A DNA stretch of 64,000 bases from a virus: the IMG/VR virus record IMGVR_UViG_3300025834_000005. One strand, written 5' to 3'. Each line of letters begins with the position of its first letter. The stretch's first letter is position 1. This document shows positions 15,979 through 25,103 of this stretch, in pieces. A program made the position numbers and the translations under genes. Below the pieces are notes generated by a model. That model ran no database searches. It saw only the letters and a list, made by a program, of their open reading frames with translations, and was not told the origin of the DNA.

Positions 15979-16920
15979 ATGACGAATAAATACAACAATG
16001 ACGAATTAGCCAACAGCAAACATGCAGATGTTATCAGACTATTGGATATCAATAAGAAGATCGCTAAGCTATATCGTAAAGCAGGCAAACTCGAATTCCG
16101 TAATGGCTTCGTAGAAGAAGCTGGCAAGAACCTAATCAAGGCTGTCGAGCTTGACCCATCAACAAAACGTTCTTACAAATTCAATGGCGAGAAACTTTAC
16201 CTACAAAAGGTAGAAGAAGAAATTCCTGTGCCAAATGAATTCGATGAAATACTCGACCAGATTTTCGGAGAAAAGCTAAACGATCATTCTGAATTCCTTT
16301 CTACCCAATCAGATTTCCTTAACAATATAATGGAAAACAGTCGTAAGAGAACCGTACAGAAATTACAAGGCGAAGAACTTGCTAAGAAAGCCTATACAGC
16401 TAAAGATATCGACGTCCCTGAATACGCTACCCTTTTTGCTATGCCTGTTCAAACAGGTAGCCAAGAAGATATTATTGAATTCCAAATCGAAGACCTTCTT
16501 GGTGATATCGAAAACATTCTGGGTCTTTTAAATAAAAACGCTTCCGCAAAAACAGAACCTGTAAAGGCTTGGAATAAACTTCCTACTAACGACCCTTGGG
16601 CAGATTTTGTTAAACAGCTTAACGTTACAGGTAAACTGAATCACCCTGTAGCTCCTCTCACTTCAACTGGTGAGAAAATTATCGACGCTAAAGCCGACAG
16701 AACAGCTACCAAAAAACAAATCCAAGGTGTAGCCGATGCTATTAAAGCTAATTCAAATCGTTTTAATAAGCCACAAGCTGTTACCAAAGAAGTGATCGAC
16801 GCAATGCCTAATCAAAAGCTTGCATCACAACTCGATACCTATATGAAAATCAAAAATCGTAAAGGTAGCGACGAAGTTACCCTCGAAGATATCGTAAATC
16901 TTCTTACTGGTAAATACTAA
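15979..16920 (+). CDS. hypothetical protein, 313 aa
   Basis: promoter motif 15934..15963 upstream; hairpin 16929..16965 downstream. Confidence 0.65.
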   Translation: MTNKYNNDELANSKHADVIRLLDINKKIAKLYRKAGKLEFRNGFVEEAGKNLIKAVELDPSTKRSYKFNGEKLYLQKVEEEIPVPNEFDEILDQIFGEKLNDHSEFLSTQSDFLNNIMENSRKRTVQKLQGEELAKKAYTAKDIDVPEYATLFAMPVQTGSQEDIIEFQIEDLLGDIENILGLLNKNASAKTEPVKAWNKLPTNDPWADFVKQLNVTGKLNHPVAPLTSTGEKIIDAKADRTATKKQIQGVADAIKANSNRFNKPQAVTKEVIDAMPNQKLASQLDTYMKIKNRKGSDEVTLEDIVNLLTGKY

Positions 16921-17498
16921 TATGCAAAAATAATCATAGGGGTCAAACAGATCACTATGATTATTATGTTATTCTTATACAGCGTTTTACCTAAAACAGC
17001 CGTTAGCCAAACAGGTCATTAGTAGCCCAAATATCTTCTCCGTTCTGGTTGCAAAATCATAGATATTCATTAATGACCTGTTATTTAAGTTCTTAACATA
17101 TTGAAAAACTATGATAATCGAATTCTCTATAGGGGTCTGAGAGGCTATTTATCATATTACAATGTCCATAATTATAATTATTTATAAAAATGGTTTCTGA
17201 AAAAAAGCACATGGGTCGTCGCTCTTCGTGTCGGTACACAAAATGCTTAGTTTTTAATCAAAAACCCTACCCAATTAGACATTTAGACAAGCGTCTAATT
17301 AAAACCCCTATTATTCAGCGTCTAACTCCTTGATACTCAGCAAAACCTTTTTCAAATAAAAATGATCAGATTCTAACCATTTTAATTAAAATAGGGTAGT
17401 TATGGTACAAATAAAATAGCTTTTTTTATTTGATCATTTTCTGATCAAAATTACCCATATAAATGACGTAAAAATGATCAAAAATAGGTTATGTTTTT
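16921..17498. other. repeat-rich intergenic region (candidate replication origin or control region)
   Basis: no ORF; ATAGGGGTC x2 (16936, 17129); 12-bp inverted repeat 17010-17021/17071-17082; four TGATCA palindromes flanked by A/T tracts (17363, 17431, 17442, 17475); GCGTCTAA x2. Confidence 0.35.
16929..16965 (+). terminator. hairpin after 15979..16920
   Basis: AATAATCATAG / CTATGATTATT 11-bp stem. Confidence 0.5.
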
Positions 17499-17528
17499 TG
17501 TAACCTTTCAGGTTGTTTTACGTATAAC
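17499..17528 (+). promoter_or_regulatory. phage-type promoter motif
   Basis: copy 25; upstream of 17555..18061. Confidence 0.6.
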
Positions 17529-17554
17529 GAAGAAACAATTTAATATTTTAATCT

Positions 17555-18061
17555 ATGAAAAAGCTTTTATTATTTATGGTATTATTATTCTCTATGATGA
17601 TATCACAGGCACAGGTTGGTATTTTCTCAATAGGCGTAGGTGCATCGTCATTTAATGTTGAGACGGAAGGTTCATCAAATATCGGCTTAGGTATATCTTT
17701 ATCAGTCGGTAGAGTGTATTTTGATGTAGCCAGCAATTTGGCTCATGGTAAGGGTGAGCAATTAGATTTTAGTTCTGATTACACATATCCTACTAACAAG
17801 ATATCGGCAGGTGTTGTTAATATAGGATATATTATTCCTATTAAAAAAATACATATTATACCCACTATTGGATATGGTTTCAGTAACAGGATATATCAAG
17901 ACCCAATTGGGTGGGACACTTATTACAATGGAAAGAGTGATGGAGCAATTAATTTGGGTGTTATCGGTAGTATATCATTAACTGATAATATTAAACTATA
18001 TGCTGGGGCAGGGACATTTGAAAGGTTTAAGGCTGGTATTACATTTAGTACAGGATATTAA
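17555..18061 (+). CDS. putative outer-membrane beta-barrel protein, 168 aa
   Basis: signal peptide MKKLLLFMVLLFSMMISQAQ; alternating Gly/aromatic strands; C-terminal ...ITFSTGY; promoter motif 17499..17528. Confidence 0.55.
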   Translation: MKKLLLFMVLLFSMMISQAQVGIFSIGVGASSFNVETEGSSNIGLGISLSVGRVYFDVASNLAHGKGEQLDFSSDYTYPTNKISAGVVNIGYIIPIKKIHIIPTIGYGFSNRIYQDPIGWDTYYNGKSDGAINLGVIGSISLTDNIKLYAGAGTFERFKAGITFSTGY

Positions 18062-18077
18062 AATATTCGCTTAAAGT

Positions 18078-18107
18078 TGTAACCTTTTATATTTTTCCAC
18101 GTATAAG
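18078..18107 (+). promoter_or_regulatory. phage-type promoter motif
   Basis: copy 26 (CACGTATAAG variant); upstream of 18136..18936. Confidence 0.5.
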
Positions 18108-18135
18108 GAATAAAAATAACATTTAAATATTGGGT

Positions 18136-18936
18136 ATGGATAAACAGAGTAAAATTTTTGAAACTACGGATTACAGCAAGTTTAAAACTTTGGTTGGTAA
18201 TCGTGAAGTTAACAAATTGCATGTGAAAAAGCTTAAAGAATCCTTTGAGCGGCAATACATGAAAACGATTATCACCGTCAATGAATTCTTTGAGATTATT
18301 GATGGACAGCATAGATTAGCTGCTGCTATAGCTTTGAAGGCTGAAAAGGGTATCGTTCTTCCAATCTATTATATTATCATGGTTGGCTATGGTTTGAAGC
18401 AAGTTCAAGCCTTGAATAATGATAATAAGAACTGGAATAAGAAAGATTATTTGAAAACATTTTGTGATCAAGATATTGAGAGCTACAATATGTATAAGGA
18501 ATTTAAGGAATTATTTCCTATGTTTGGTGATGTTGTATGTGAAATGTTGTTAACTGATAAGCTTTCACATACCAAAAACAGTACTGATTCCACATTGATT
18601 TCGAAAACGAATAAAGATGGCTCATACACTACAAATGATTTTATCGAAGGTAATTTAGTAATACCTGACTATGCTAAGTCTATTGCTAATGCGAATAAGA
18701 TATTAACAATAAAACCTTATTATACCGATGGCTATATGAAACCTCAATTTGTTAGGGCTATGCTTGGTGTGATGAAAAACCCTGATTATTCTCATGATAG
18801 AATGCTTAATAGGTTAGCTGTTAAATCGACATCTTTGAGAAACTGTACAAAGGTATCTGAATACAGGGATTTGATCGATTATGTTTACAACTACGACATG
18901 AGGGCTTTTAACAAGCTTAATTTAAAATCATACTAA
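18136..18936 (+). CDS. ParB-like nuclease-domain protein
   Basis: IIDGQHRLAAA (DGxHR ParB/sulfiredoxin-type motif); ATG start chosen over the TTG at 18130; promoter motif 18078..18107. Confidence 0.6.
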   Translation: MDKQSKIFETTDYSKFKTLVGNREVNKLHVKKLKESFERQYMKTIITVNEFFEIIDGQHRLAAAIALKAEKGIVLPIYYIIMVGYGLKQVQALNNDNKNWNKKDYLKTFCDQDIESYNMYKEFKELFPMFGDVVCEMLLTDKLSHTKNSTDSTLISKTNKDGSYTTNDFIEGNLVIPDYAKSIANANKILTIKPYYTDGYMKPQFVRAMLGVMKNPDYSHDRMLNRLAVKSTSLRNCTKVSEYRDLIDYVYNYDMRAFNKLNLKSY

Positions 18937-18955
18937 TATTATTCATTAATATTTG

Positions 18956-18986
18956 AAAAGGTTATGGCTTAAAGTTGTAACCTTTT
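18956..18986 (+). terminator. hairpin sharing its 3' arm with promoter motif 18976..19005
   Basis: AAAAGGTTA-N13-TAACCTTTT. Confidence 0.45.
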
Positions 18987-19005
18987 TTATTTTATAACGT
19001 ATAAC
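18976..19005 (+). promoter_or_regulatory. phage-type promoter motif
   Basis: copy 27; identical over all 30 nt to copy 40. Confidence 0.6.
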
Positions 19006-19023
19006 GAAGAAACAATTTACTCT

Positions 19024-19311
19024 ATGTTCAATCCACATTTACCATCGGTTCTAAGTGATTCTTTAACGAAAGAACAAATGAAGTCTGCTTATGCTGATTT
19101 GCACTCCAACATGTATGATGCTTTATCTAATCTAAGCACTGGAACTATGTGGGAATCATACAGTATGAATTTTGAATTGCTTAATTTATATCGTATTCTC
19201 TATACTGCCAATGGCGATATTAAAAACCTGAAAGCAGTTGATGAATGTGATAGAAGATTAAAAGCTATTGAGATATTATTGGCTGAGATTAAAACTGGTC
19301 TTGGATTTTAA
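19024..19311 (+). CDS. hypothetical protein, 95 aa
   Basis: promoter motif 18976..19005 upstream. Confidence 0.6.
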   Translation: MFNPHLPSVLSDSLTKEQMKSAYADLHSNMYDALSNLSTGTMWESYSMNFELLNLYRILYTANGDIKNLKAVDECDRRLKAIEILLAEIKTGLGF

Positions 19312-19329
19312 TTAATTAAAATATATATC

Positions 19330-20004
19330 ATGTATAAAGATTGTAAGGTTTATTTGATCAACTCTGGTATTGATGCTGTTGTTGGTGATATTACATCCTA
19401 TCCTTTAGGATTGGCTATTGCTTTATTTCAGCCTAAGAATAATGAAAAGGCGTATAATCTTTATGTAACTGTTGAGGATAAGATTAATGTTGGTGATTGG
19501 TGTTTACATGCTATGGGTGATGTTGCTAATAACGATCATAAGTTGATACAGGCTACTGTTTCCAATGTTGAATCTATTCAGGAATGGTGGAATAAGGTTA
19601 TTGCTTCATCCGATAAGTCTCTTGGTTATCCTATACTCTCAGATGATTTTGTTGAGACATTTATTCGTTCTTATGTCAAGGATAATAATATTATATCCAT
19701 GAAGATTCAGTATGAGAGGTGGATTACCAATTTGGGTAGACCTTTTGTAGTTAGTGATGATTATCCTATTACTCAAAGAATATACGAAGAAGGTACTGGC
19801 TTAAGGGTTGTTGTCAATATTGATGGCACTGTTAATTTAAAAGAGGTTGATGATTATCTTTTATTGATTGAAGGTAAGATCATTAAAACAGGTGATAAGG
19901 CTGATATTCGTAGAGCTTATAATAAGGCTTTGTGTATGTATAATGATGGTAATTCGGATATGATGCCTATAATGGCTAAGATTATAAAAACACCTAATAA
20001 ATAA
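19330..20004 (+). CDS. hypothetical protein, 224 aa
   Basis: track ORF, tightly packed after 19024..19311. Confidence 0.65.
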   Translation: MYKDCKVYLINSGIDAVVGDITSYPLGLAIALFQPKNNEKAYNLYVTVEDKINVGDWCLHAMGDVANNDHKLIQATVSNVESIQEWWNKVIASSDKSLGYPILSDDFVETFIRSYVKDNNIISMKIQYERWITNLGRPFVVSDDYPITQRIYEEGTGLRVVVNIDGTVNLKEVDDYLLLIEGKIIKTGDKADIRRAYNKALCMYNDGNSDMMPIMAKIIKTPNK

Positions 20005-20011
20005 AACGCAT

Positions 20012-20305
20012 ATGAAGAATTATATTACATTTGAAAAAGCGGAATTAAAGTCTGTTATTACCACATTAGGTAATAATTTACAAACCATTGCAGATAGTAT
20101 TGCATATTTTCAACAATATGCTAAGCTAAAAGGTGTTCAGCATGATTATATGATATCGTCGGCATTAGTAAAAATCAATGAAAGTTTAGGTACTTTGAAA
20201 CATGAGTTTAATTTGCCAATTGAGCCAAATATATGTTTAGACCCTATTACCCAAATAACACTTGATAAAGTGATTGAAAGGGTTAACAAAGCACATGCTA
20301 AATAA
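20012..20305 (+). CDS. hypothetical protein, 97 aa
   Basis: track ORF. Confidence 0.6.
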   Translation: MKNYITFEKAELKSVITTLGNNLQTIADSIAYFQQYAKLKGVQHDYMISSALVKINESLGTLKHEFNLPIEPNICLDPITQITLDKVIERVNKAHAK

Positions 20306-20314
20306 AATTCTATC

Positions 20315-20692
20315 ATGAACACAAAAGAAGAGATTTTATCAGACATAATGATGTTAAGGGTTGACTGTCCCGATTGTCATGGTCTCTATGATGATGATCA
20401 GTATACATGCACTACATGTTGGTGTGAAGGTGGTAATGACACTATCAATGTTTTTAATTGGTTGAAGGATAACCCTGAGACTATGGGATTAATAGTTAAG
20501 CCGAAGGTTTTCAATCCTTATGAATTAGATGTAACCATTGATAATGTGGATTCACGCACAGGGTATTTTAAATTAAAAAACCAATATGTGAATGAGTTGT
20601 TCAATGGTTATATTACTACAACGGAGTATATGGAGAAAATGAATACTTTATATCAAAAGGAGTTCAGATATTTTGATAAAGATATGGAATAG
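20315..20692 (+). CDS. Cys-rich protein (CPDCHG...CTTCWC), 125 aa
   Basis: track ORF; paired CxxC motifs. Confidence 0.6.
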   Translation: MNTKEEILSDIMMLRVDCPDCHGLYDDDQYTCTTCWCEGGNDTINVFNWLKDNPETMGLIVKPKVFNPYELDVTIDNVDSRTGYFKLKNQYVNELFNGYITTTEYMEKMNTLYQKEFRYFDKDME

Positions 20693-20717
20693 GTTTTAAT
20701 TAAAAAGTAAATATATT

Positions 20718-20924
20718 ATGGCAGACATAAAAGATTTGGATAGTGGCGATTTCCCTGATAAGGGAAAGTCAACGAGATATAATTATGATGTTGACTGTAC
20801 GCCAGCAAATATGTGTATTCTCATACGAAAGCTAAATGAGTTAACATCACGTCTTAATTCAGTTCAAAGTAGATTAGAGGCTAAGATTTTGAATGATCGA
20901 GAAGGCGCATATAAATTCAGGTAA
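20718..20924 (+). CDS. hypothetical protein, 68 aa
   Basis: TTAATTAAAAAG junction upstream. Confidence 0.55.
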   Translation: MADIKDLDSGDFPDKGKSTRYNYDVDCTPANMCILIRKLNELTSRLNSVQSRLEAKILNDREGAYKFR

Positions 20925-20939
20925 GCTATGAATAATTCC

Positions 20940-20970
20940 TTGTGGTATTCGATAATTATATTTATCTTTG
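20940..20970 (+). promoter_or_regulatory. host-type (Bacteroidota sigmaA-like) promoter
   Basis: TTG-N20-TATCTTTG (TAnnTTTG), 17 nt before ATG 20988. Confidence 0.55.
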
Positions 20971-20987
20971 CATTAAAATAATTAATT

Positions 20988-21416
20988 ATGACAAAGTATT
21001 ATGACGTTAATACGAAGACGTTTTCAAAGTTTAATGAAGCCCAGAGGAATTTATTAAATGCTATTTATATTGACCCAACTGTTTACGAAGGTACGAAAGA
21101 TGCCGTTGTTTATCAATATCATGCTGTTCAGTTACATTTAAATGATTTTCTTTCAGAAGATGATGTTTTTCTTGTGTTGAGCGAAGTACGAAAACTAAAT
21201 GATTTTAAGGTTCTTTTGTATAATCCTGTTGCTGAAATTATAAGACTTGAAACTACATTGATTGTGGATAGAATTGAGTCATATGTTAATTTTGACAATT
21301 CACATAATGGTGGTGGCAACACTAAAATATTCACTGAACTTGCTATAAGCGAAGTATCTAACGAGATCAAAAATAGGATTCGCAAACTCATTCTGGACTT
21401 TTGCGAGGTTTTTTAA
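20988..21416 (+). CDS. hypothetical protein, 142 aa
   Basis: host-type promoter TTG-N20-TATCTTTG at 20940..20970. Confidence 0.6.
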   Translation: MTKYYDVNTKTFSKFNEAQRNLLNAIYIDPTVYEGTKDAVVYQYHAVQLHLNDFLSEDDVFLVLSEVRKLNDFKVLLYNPVAEIIRLETTLIVDRIESYVNFDNSHNGGGNTKIFTELAISEVSNEIKNRIRKLILDFCEVF

Positions 21417-21437
21417 TTAAAACCCATATAATATCTG

Positions 21438-21468
21438 AAAAGGTTATGACTTTAAGTTGTAACCTTTT
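21438..21468 (+). terminator. hairpin sharing its 3' arm with promoter motif 21458..21487
   Basis: AAAAGGTTA-N13-TAACCTTTT. Confidence 0.45.
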
Positions 21469-21487
21469 TTATTTGTTTACGTATAAC
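21458..21487 (+). promoter_or_regulatory. phage-type promoter motif
   Basis: copy 28; upstream of 21504..22034. Confidence 0.6.
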
Positions 21488-21503
21488 ATAGAAAATAGAG
21501 ATC

Positions 21504-22034
21504 ATGATTAAAGAATTTACCCATAATGATTTGTTGTTGAGAAGAGGTTGCTACAGTTTGAAGCAGGCTTGTGCATTTTGCACAGGCAGACCAAAGATTA
21601 TATCCATGAATGACATAATGAATTCTGATATTTCGATAAAGGATAAGACATGGTTTTTATTTAACGAAACAAGCTTAACTAAACGTGAGTCATTTGAATT
21701 AGTGTATAAGATCATGACGATTATTCTGCCTATATATGAGTCTGGCAATACTGACAATAAAAATCCAAGATTAGCTCTTGAAGATTTAAAGATATATATT
21801 GATTCTGATTATAGTAAAAGTCTTAATTTATATAAATATAGATTTAATGATACAACCGAGGGAAATTATGACTCTGCCTACGCTTCATTTAGTTATGCAT
21901 CGTTTGCTTTTAACGATTTAATGGCTGAAATGCATTATACGGCAATTTCTTGTGCTGTTGCAGCTGTTTGTATTGGTTATTATAATGAATATAAAAATGA
22001 AATGTTAAGGGTTTTGAATGAATTTACACTATAA
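21504..22034 (+). CDS. hypothetical protein, 176 aa
   Basis: promoter motif 21458..21487 upstream. Confidence 0.65.
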   Translation: MIKEFTHNDLLLRRGCYSLKQACAFCTGRPKIISMNDIMNSDISIKDKTWFLFNETSLTKRESFELVYKIMTIILPIYESGNTDNKNPRLALEDLKIYIDSDYSKSLNLYKYRFNDTTEGNYDSAYASFSYASFAFNDLMAEMHYTAISCAVAAVCIGYYNEYKNEMLRVLNEFTL

Positions 22035-22037
22035 GTT

Positions 22038-22397
22038 ATGAGACTATCTGAATTAAAGAAGGGTGATATTTTCAAGTTTGGTGATAAGGATTGGGATGCT
22101 AAACATAAGCTGCATTCACTTGTTATTAAACCAAATGGTAAGATAGTTATATTTTTCTTTTCGATTAATTTTCAGGGTAAGAATGAAGAAGCTAAGTCGG
22201 ATTCATTTACGTGGAGAGACACCGATGTTGAGGTATTCATACCCAAGTTTTATTTATCGGAGCAAAGAAGAACAAAAGGGTTGCCATGTATTCCTGTTAG
22301 CAATATGAGACATATCATAGGTGGTGAAGTTAATCCAATTAACATGTCAGATGTTTACTGCTGCCATGATAAATATTGGTATGATATTATTTATTAA
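22038..22397 (+). CDS. hypothetical protein, 119 aa
   Basis: track ORF, 3 nt after the previous stop. Confidence 0.6.
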   Translation: MRLSELKKGDIFKFGDKDWDAKHKLHSLVIKPNGKIVIFFFSINFQGKNEEAKSDSFTWRDTDVEVFIPKFYLSEQRRTKGLPCIPVSNMRHIIGGEVNPINMSDVYCCHDKYWYDIIY

Positions 22398-22402
22398 ATC
22401 AC

Positions 22403-22433
22403 TTGCCGTATTTAATAAATATATGTACTTTTG
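22403..22433 (+). promoter_or_regulatory. host-type (Bacteroidota sigmaA-like) promoter
   Basis: TTG-N20-TACTTTTG before ATG 22451. Confidence 0.55.
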
Positions 22434-22450
22434 CATTATTATAGCTCTGG

Positions 22451-22708
22451 ATGGGCTTTGTAAAATCTATTAATATTATGACAACAGTTAAAGCTAAATT
22501 TACATGTAGTTCCGTTATAGCTAATGCATACGGAAATTCAACAACGGCACATTTTCATGCTGTATATGGCAGCAACGGCGAAAACGCTGATTATGCGAAA
22601 GCAACTCCCTGCGGAAACATTTCGATTGTAATTGATAATGATGTACCTGCTTCGAAATTCTTTGAACAAGGCACAGACTATTATTTAACCTTCGAAGCCG
22701 TTAAATAA
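22451..22708 (+). CDS. hypothetical protein, 85 aa (alternative start 22478)
   Basis: host-type promoter TTG-N20-TACTTTTG at 22403..22433. Confidence 0.55.
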   Translation: MGFVKSINIMTTVKAKFTCSSVIANAYGNSTTAHFHAVYGSNGENADYAKATPCGNISIVIDNDVPASKFFEQGTDYYLTFEAVK

Positions 22709-22804
22709 ATATGTGTTTAAATTAATTTTCAGTAGTTTATAACACTATAATCGATTATTATTCGATTATCTGTGCAAATTATACTAAAAGGTTATGGATT
22801 ATTC

Positions 22805-22834
22805 TGTAACCTTTTTGTTTTGTTTACGTATAAG
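22805..22834 (+). promoter_or_regulatory. phage-type promoter motif
   Basis: copy 29 (TATAAG variant); upstream of 22849..23100. Confidence 0.5.
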
Positions 22835-22848
22835 TAATAAAAATAGTC

Positions 22849-23100
22849 ATGAATAGGAAATTACATAACACACCAGAAGATCGTTTATATTTGAGTGAAT
22901 TGATTGCAGATGGTAAATTACCATTGGCTACATTTGAGATAGGCGTTTTTACATCTATATTGGCTGATGGTTTTAAAGTCATCACTCATTTTGGTAAGGT
23001 TACTTCAATTGATCTTGAAGATGGCTATTGTGAATGGAGATCAGCAGGGAATGATATGCCATGTATTAATATCAATGTAATTACACTAATAAATCCGTAA
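22849..23100 (+). CDS. hypothetical protein, 83 aa
   Basis: promoter motif 22805..22834; stop in next promoter motif. Confidence 0.6.
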   Translation: MNRKLHNTPEDRLYLSELIADGKLPLATFEIGVFTSILADGFKVITHFGKVTSIDLEDGYCEWRSAGNDMPCININVITLINP

Positions 23101-23125
23101 CCTTTTTTGTTTGTTTACGTATAAC
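23096..23125 (+). promoter_or_regulatory. phage-type promoter motif
   Basis: copy 30 (CGTAACC); upstream of 23140..23256. Confidence 0.55.
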
Positions 23126-23139
23126 ATAGAAAATATAAC

Positions 23140-23256
23140 ATGAAAGAGAATTTAAAATCAATAGCATTAATCATTTTGATTGTAATAGCTATTGCTATGG
23201 TTATTAACAGTCGTAGAGCTGTTGATGTTTCAGTGCAAATGGAAAATAGAAAATAA
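23140..23256 (+). CDS. small single-pass membrane protein, 38 aa
   Basis: hand-translated MKENLKSIALIILIVIAIAMVINSRR...; directly after promoter motif 23096..23125. Confidence 0.4.
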   Translation: MKENLKSIALIILIVIAIAMVINSRRAVDVSVQMENRK

Positions 23257-23257
23257 T

Positions 23258-23545
23258 ATGGAAAAGATTTTCACACCTGAGTTTTTGAAAGAGATTGGCT
23301 TCACATTGGTTTATGAGAAGATCAGTGAGTTCAAACCTAATTTGCCTTATGGCTGTGCTAAAGACAGAATAGGTATGACACATATCTATTGGAATGAGGA
23401 TGGTCACCATGTTACTTACTTCGGTGAGCCATTAGAACCTAATATTGCCATGAGTATTCGTAAGGATGCTGATACCCGATATGCTTTCAATGGCTATGTT
23501 TTTAATCAAGATGACGTTCGTAGGTTATTAAAACTAAGTTATTAA
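23258..23545 (+). CDS. hypothetical protein, 95 aa
   Basis: internal ATG (MEKIFTPEF) of track ORF 23192..23545, 1 nt after the stop of 23140..23256. Confidence 0.55.
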   Translation: MEKIFTPEFLKEIGFTLVYEKISEFKPNLPYGCAKDRIGMTHIYWNEDGHHVTYFGEPLEPNIAMSIRKDADTRYAFNGYVFNQDDVRRLLKLSY

Positions 23546-23648
23546 TTATGAGATATTTATTGGGTTGTGGCACTTAACGGCATGGACACCATATGATCAT
23601 ACTCCTTGGGACACCTATCATAGGTGGATTGATTAAATATCATTTTTT

Positions 23649-23678
23649 TGTAACCTTTTGTTTTTAATTACGTATAAC
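23649..23678 (+). promoter_or_regulatory. phage-type promoter motif
   Basis: copy 31; upstream of 23695..24105. Confidence 0.6.
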
Positions 23679-23694
23679 ATAGAAAATATAGATC

Positions 23695-24105
23695 ATGGAA
23701 GAATTATTTGTACCATATGCGTTGGCTTTGAAATTGAATAAGTATTTTGATGAAAAGACTTTTAGGGTTTATGACCTTCAAGGATATTTCCAAGATGAAA
23801 CTGTTATGGAATCTATGGAATTGACGGCAGTTAAAGCTCCAACCTATGCACAGGTGATTGATTGGTTCAGATTAAAATATGACCAACATATCGTTATAGC
23901 ACCATATTACAATCCCCTTTTCACTGAGACGTTATACTATGATGTGGCTATAGCCAATAGGGATAATTCGTATGAGGGTTTGATAACCAATGCTATAGAC
24001 AGGATGGGCGAGAAATGGATTAAAAACCCAAATAAATATCATTTGTATGAGGATTATTATGTTGGGTTGAATGCTATTATTAACGAAGCTTTAGAGCTGA
24101 TTTAA
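23695..24105 (+). CDS. paralog family A member (N-term ..YALALKL.., C-term ..NEALELI)
   Basis: promoter motif 23649..23678; shares three blocks with six other ORFs in the window. Confidence 0.65.
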   Translation: MEELFVPYALALKLNKYFDEKTFRVYDLQGYFQDETVMESMELTAVKAPTYAQVIDWFRLKYDQHIVIAPYYNPLFTETLYYDVAIANRDNSYEGLITNAIDRMGEKWIKNPNKYHLYEDYYVGLNAIINEALELI

Positions 24106-24115
24106 ATTAAAAACG

Positions 24116-24523
24116 ATGGAAGTATTATTTATCAGCTATGCGTTGGCTAAGAAGCTTAAGGAAAAGGGATTTGATTTAAAATGCTTAGCTTATTACAGCG
24201 GAGTTAATTTAACATATTCTCCTGTTATAATGGGCAGAAGTTTTCCCACAAAGAAACTTGAAGACCATGAGTTTTTAGCTCCGTTGTACCAACAGGTTAC
24301 CGACTGGCTTAGGAATATACATGAGATTCATATTGAGATTGATTTAACTGACAATACAACTGAATATTATTATTCTTATTGCATTATTAATTCAAAGGTT
24401 AGAGAATATGACGATCAGGATATGGTTGATCAAGCCATGAGAGCATATAATTGGGATTACAAATCTCCTGACTATTATGCTGCTTTGAATACTGCTATCG
24501 AAGATGCTTTGAAACAAATTTAA
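24116..24523 (+). CDS. paralog family A member
   Basis: MEVLFISYALAKKLKEKGF..., YQQVTDWLRNIHEIHIEI, ...AIEDALKQI. Confidence 0.65.
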   Translation: MEVLFISYALAKKLKEKGFDLKCLAYYSGVNLTYSPVIMGRSFPTKKLEDHEFLAPLYQQVTDWLRNIHEIHIEIDLTDNTTEYYYSYCIINSKVREYDDQDMVDQAMRAYNWDYKSPDYYAALNTAIEDALKQI

Positions 24524-24533
24524 ATTAAAAACA

Positions 24534-24836
24534 ATGGAAGACAAATTAATATCATACGAGTTGGCTTTAAAGCTACAGCTAAAAGGGTTCTGTCCCAGAG
24601 CATTTTTAATGACAAATGTTTTATATAAGGACAGAGTGGCATATATTACTCAATCCATGTTACAGAAATGGTTTAGGGAAGTGCATCATATTGAACTGTC
24701 TGTGCTTTCTCATAAAATGGACGGTGTAAATACATATGTTGTTATCATCGGCGATGATAGATTAACATACACTGGGTTTAGCACATATGAAAGTGCTTTA
24801 GAGACTGGCTTATTGACTGCTTTAGCACGGATTTAA
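24534..24836 (+). CDS. paralog family A member (short)
   Basis: MEDKLISYELALKLQLKGF..., TQSMLQKWFREVHHIELSV, YESALETGLLTALARI. Confidence 0.6.
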   Translation: MEDKLISYELALKLQLKGFCPRAFLMTNVLYKDRVAYITQSMLQKWFREVHHIELSVLSHKMDGVNTYVVIIGDDRLTYTGFSTYESALETGLLTALARI

Positions 24837-24846
24837 ATTAAAAACG

Positions 24847-25064
24847 ATGAAATTTGTAGATTTAAAAAAGTGCGATAAAGATGCTATACATGATGCTCTT
24901 TCCAAGCTGATATCATAGGACTTAACGACGATGATCAGGTTGAGCGGTATTACAATAAGTTGCCATTAGAAATTAAGCAGAATGGCAAGTATTGGGGTTT
25001 TAGCGATTCAATAATAAGAGATCATATATATGTTTTCTTTGTAAATAATAAGCACAGCCTGTAA
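24847..25064 (+). pseudogene. small gene interrupted by an apparent -1 frameshift
   Basis: ATG frame stops at 24916..24918; the -1 frame is open 24894..25064 with no ATG, reads protein-like (..ADIIGLNDDDQVERYYNKLPLEIKQNGKYWGF..) and ends on the TAA of promoter motif 25060..25089. Confidence 0.3.
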
Positions 25065-25089
25065 CCTTTTCATTTGATTTACGTATAAC
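25060..25089 (+). promoter_or_regulatory. phage-type promoter motif
   Basis: copy 32; upstream of 25104..25499. Confidence 0.6.
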
Positions 25090-25103
25090 ATAGAAAATAA
25101 ATT

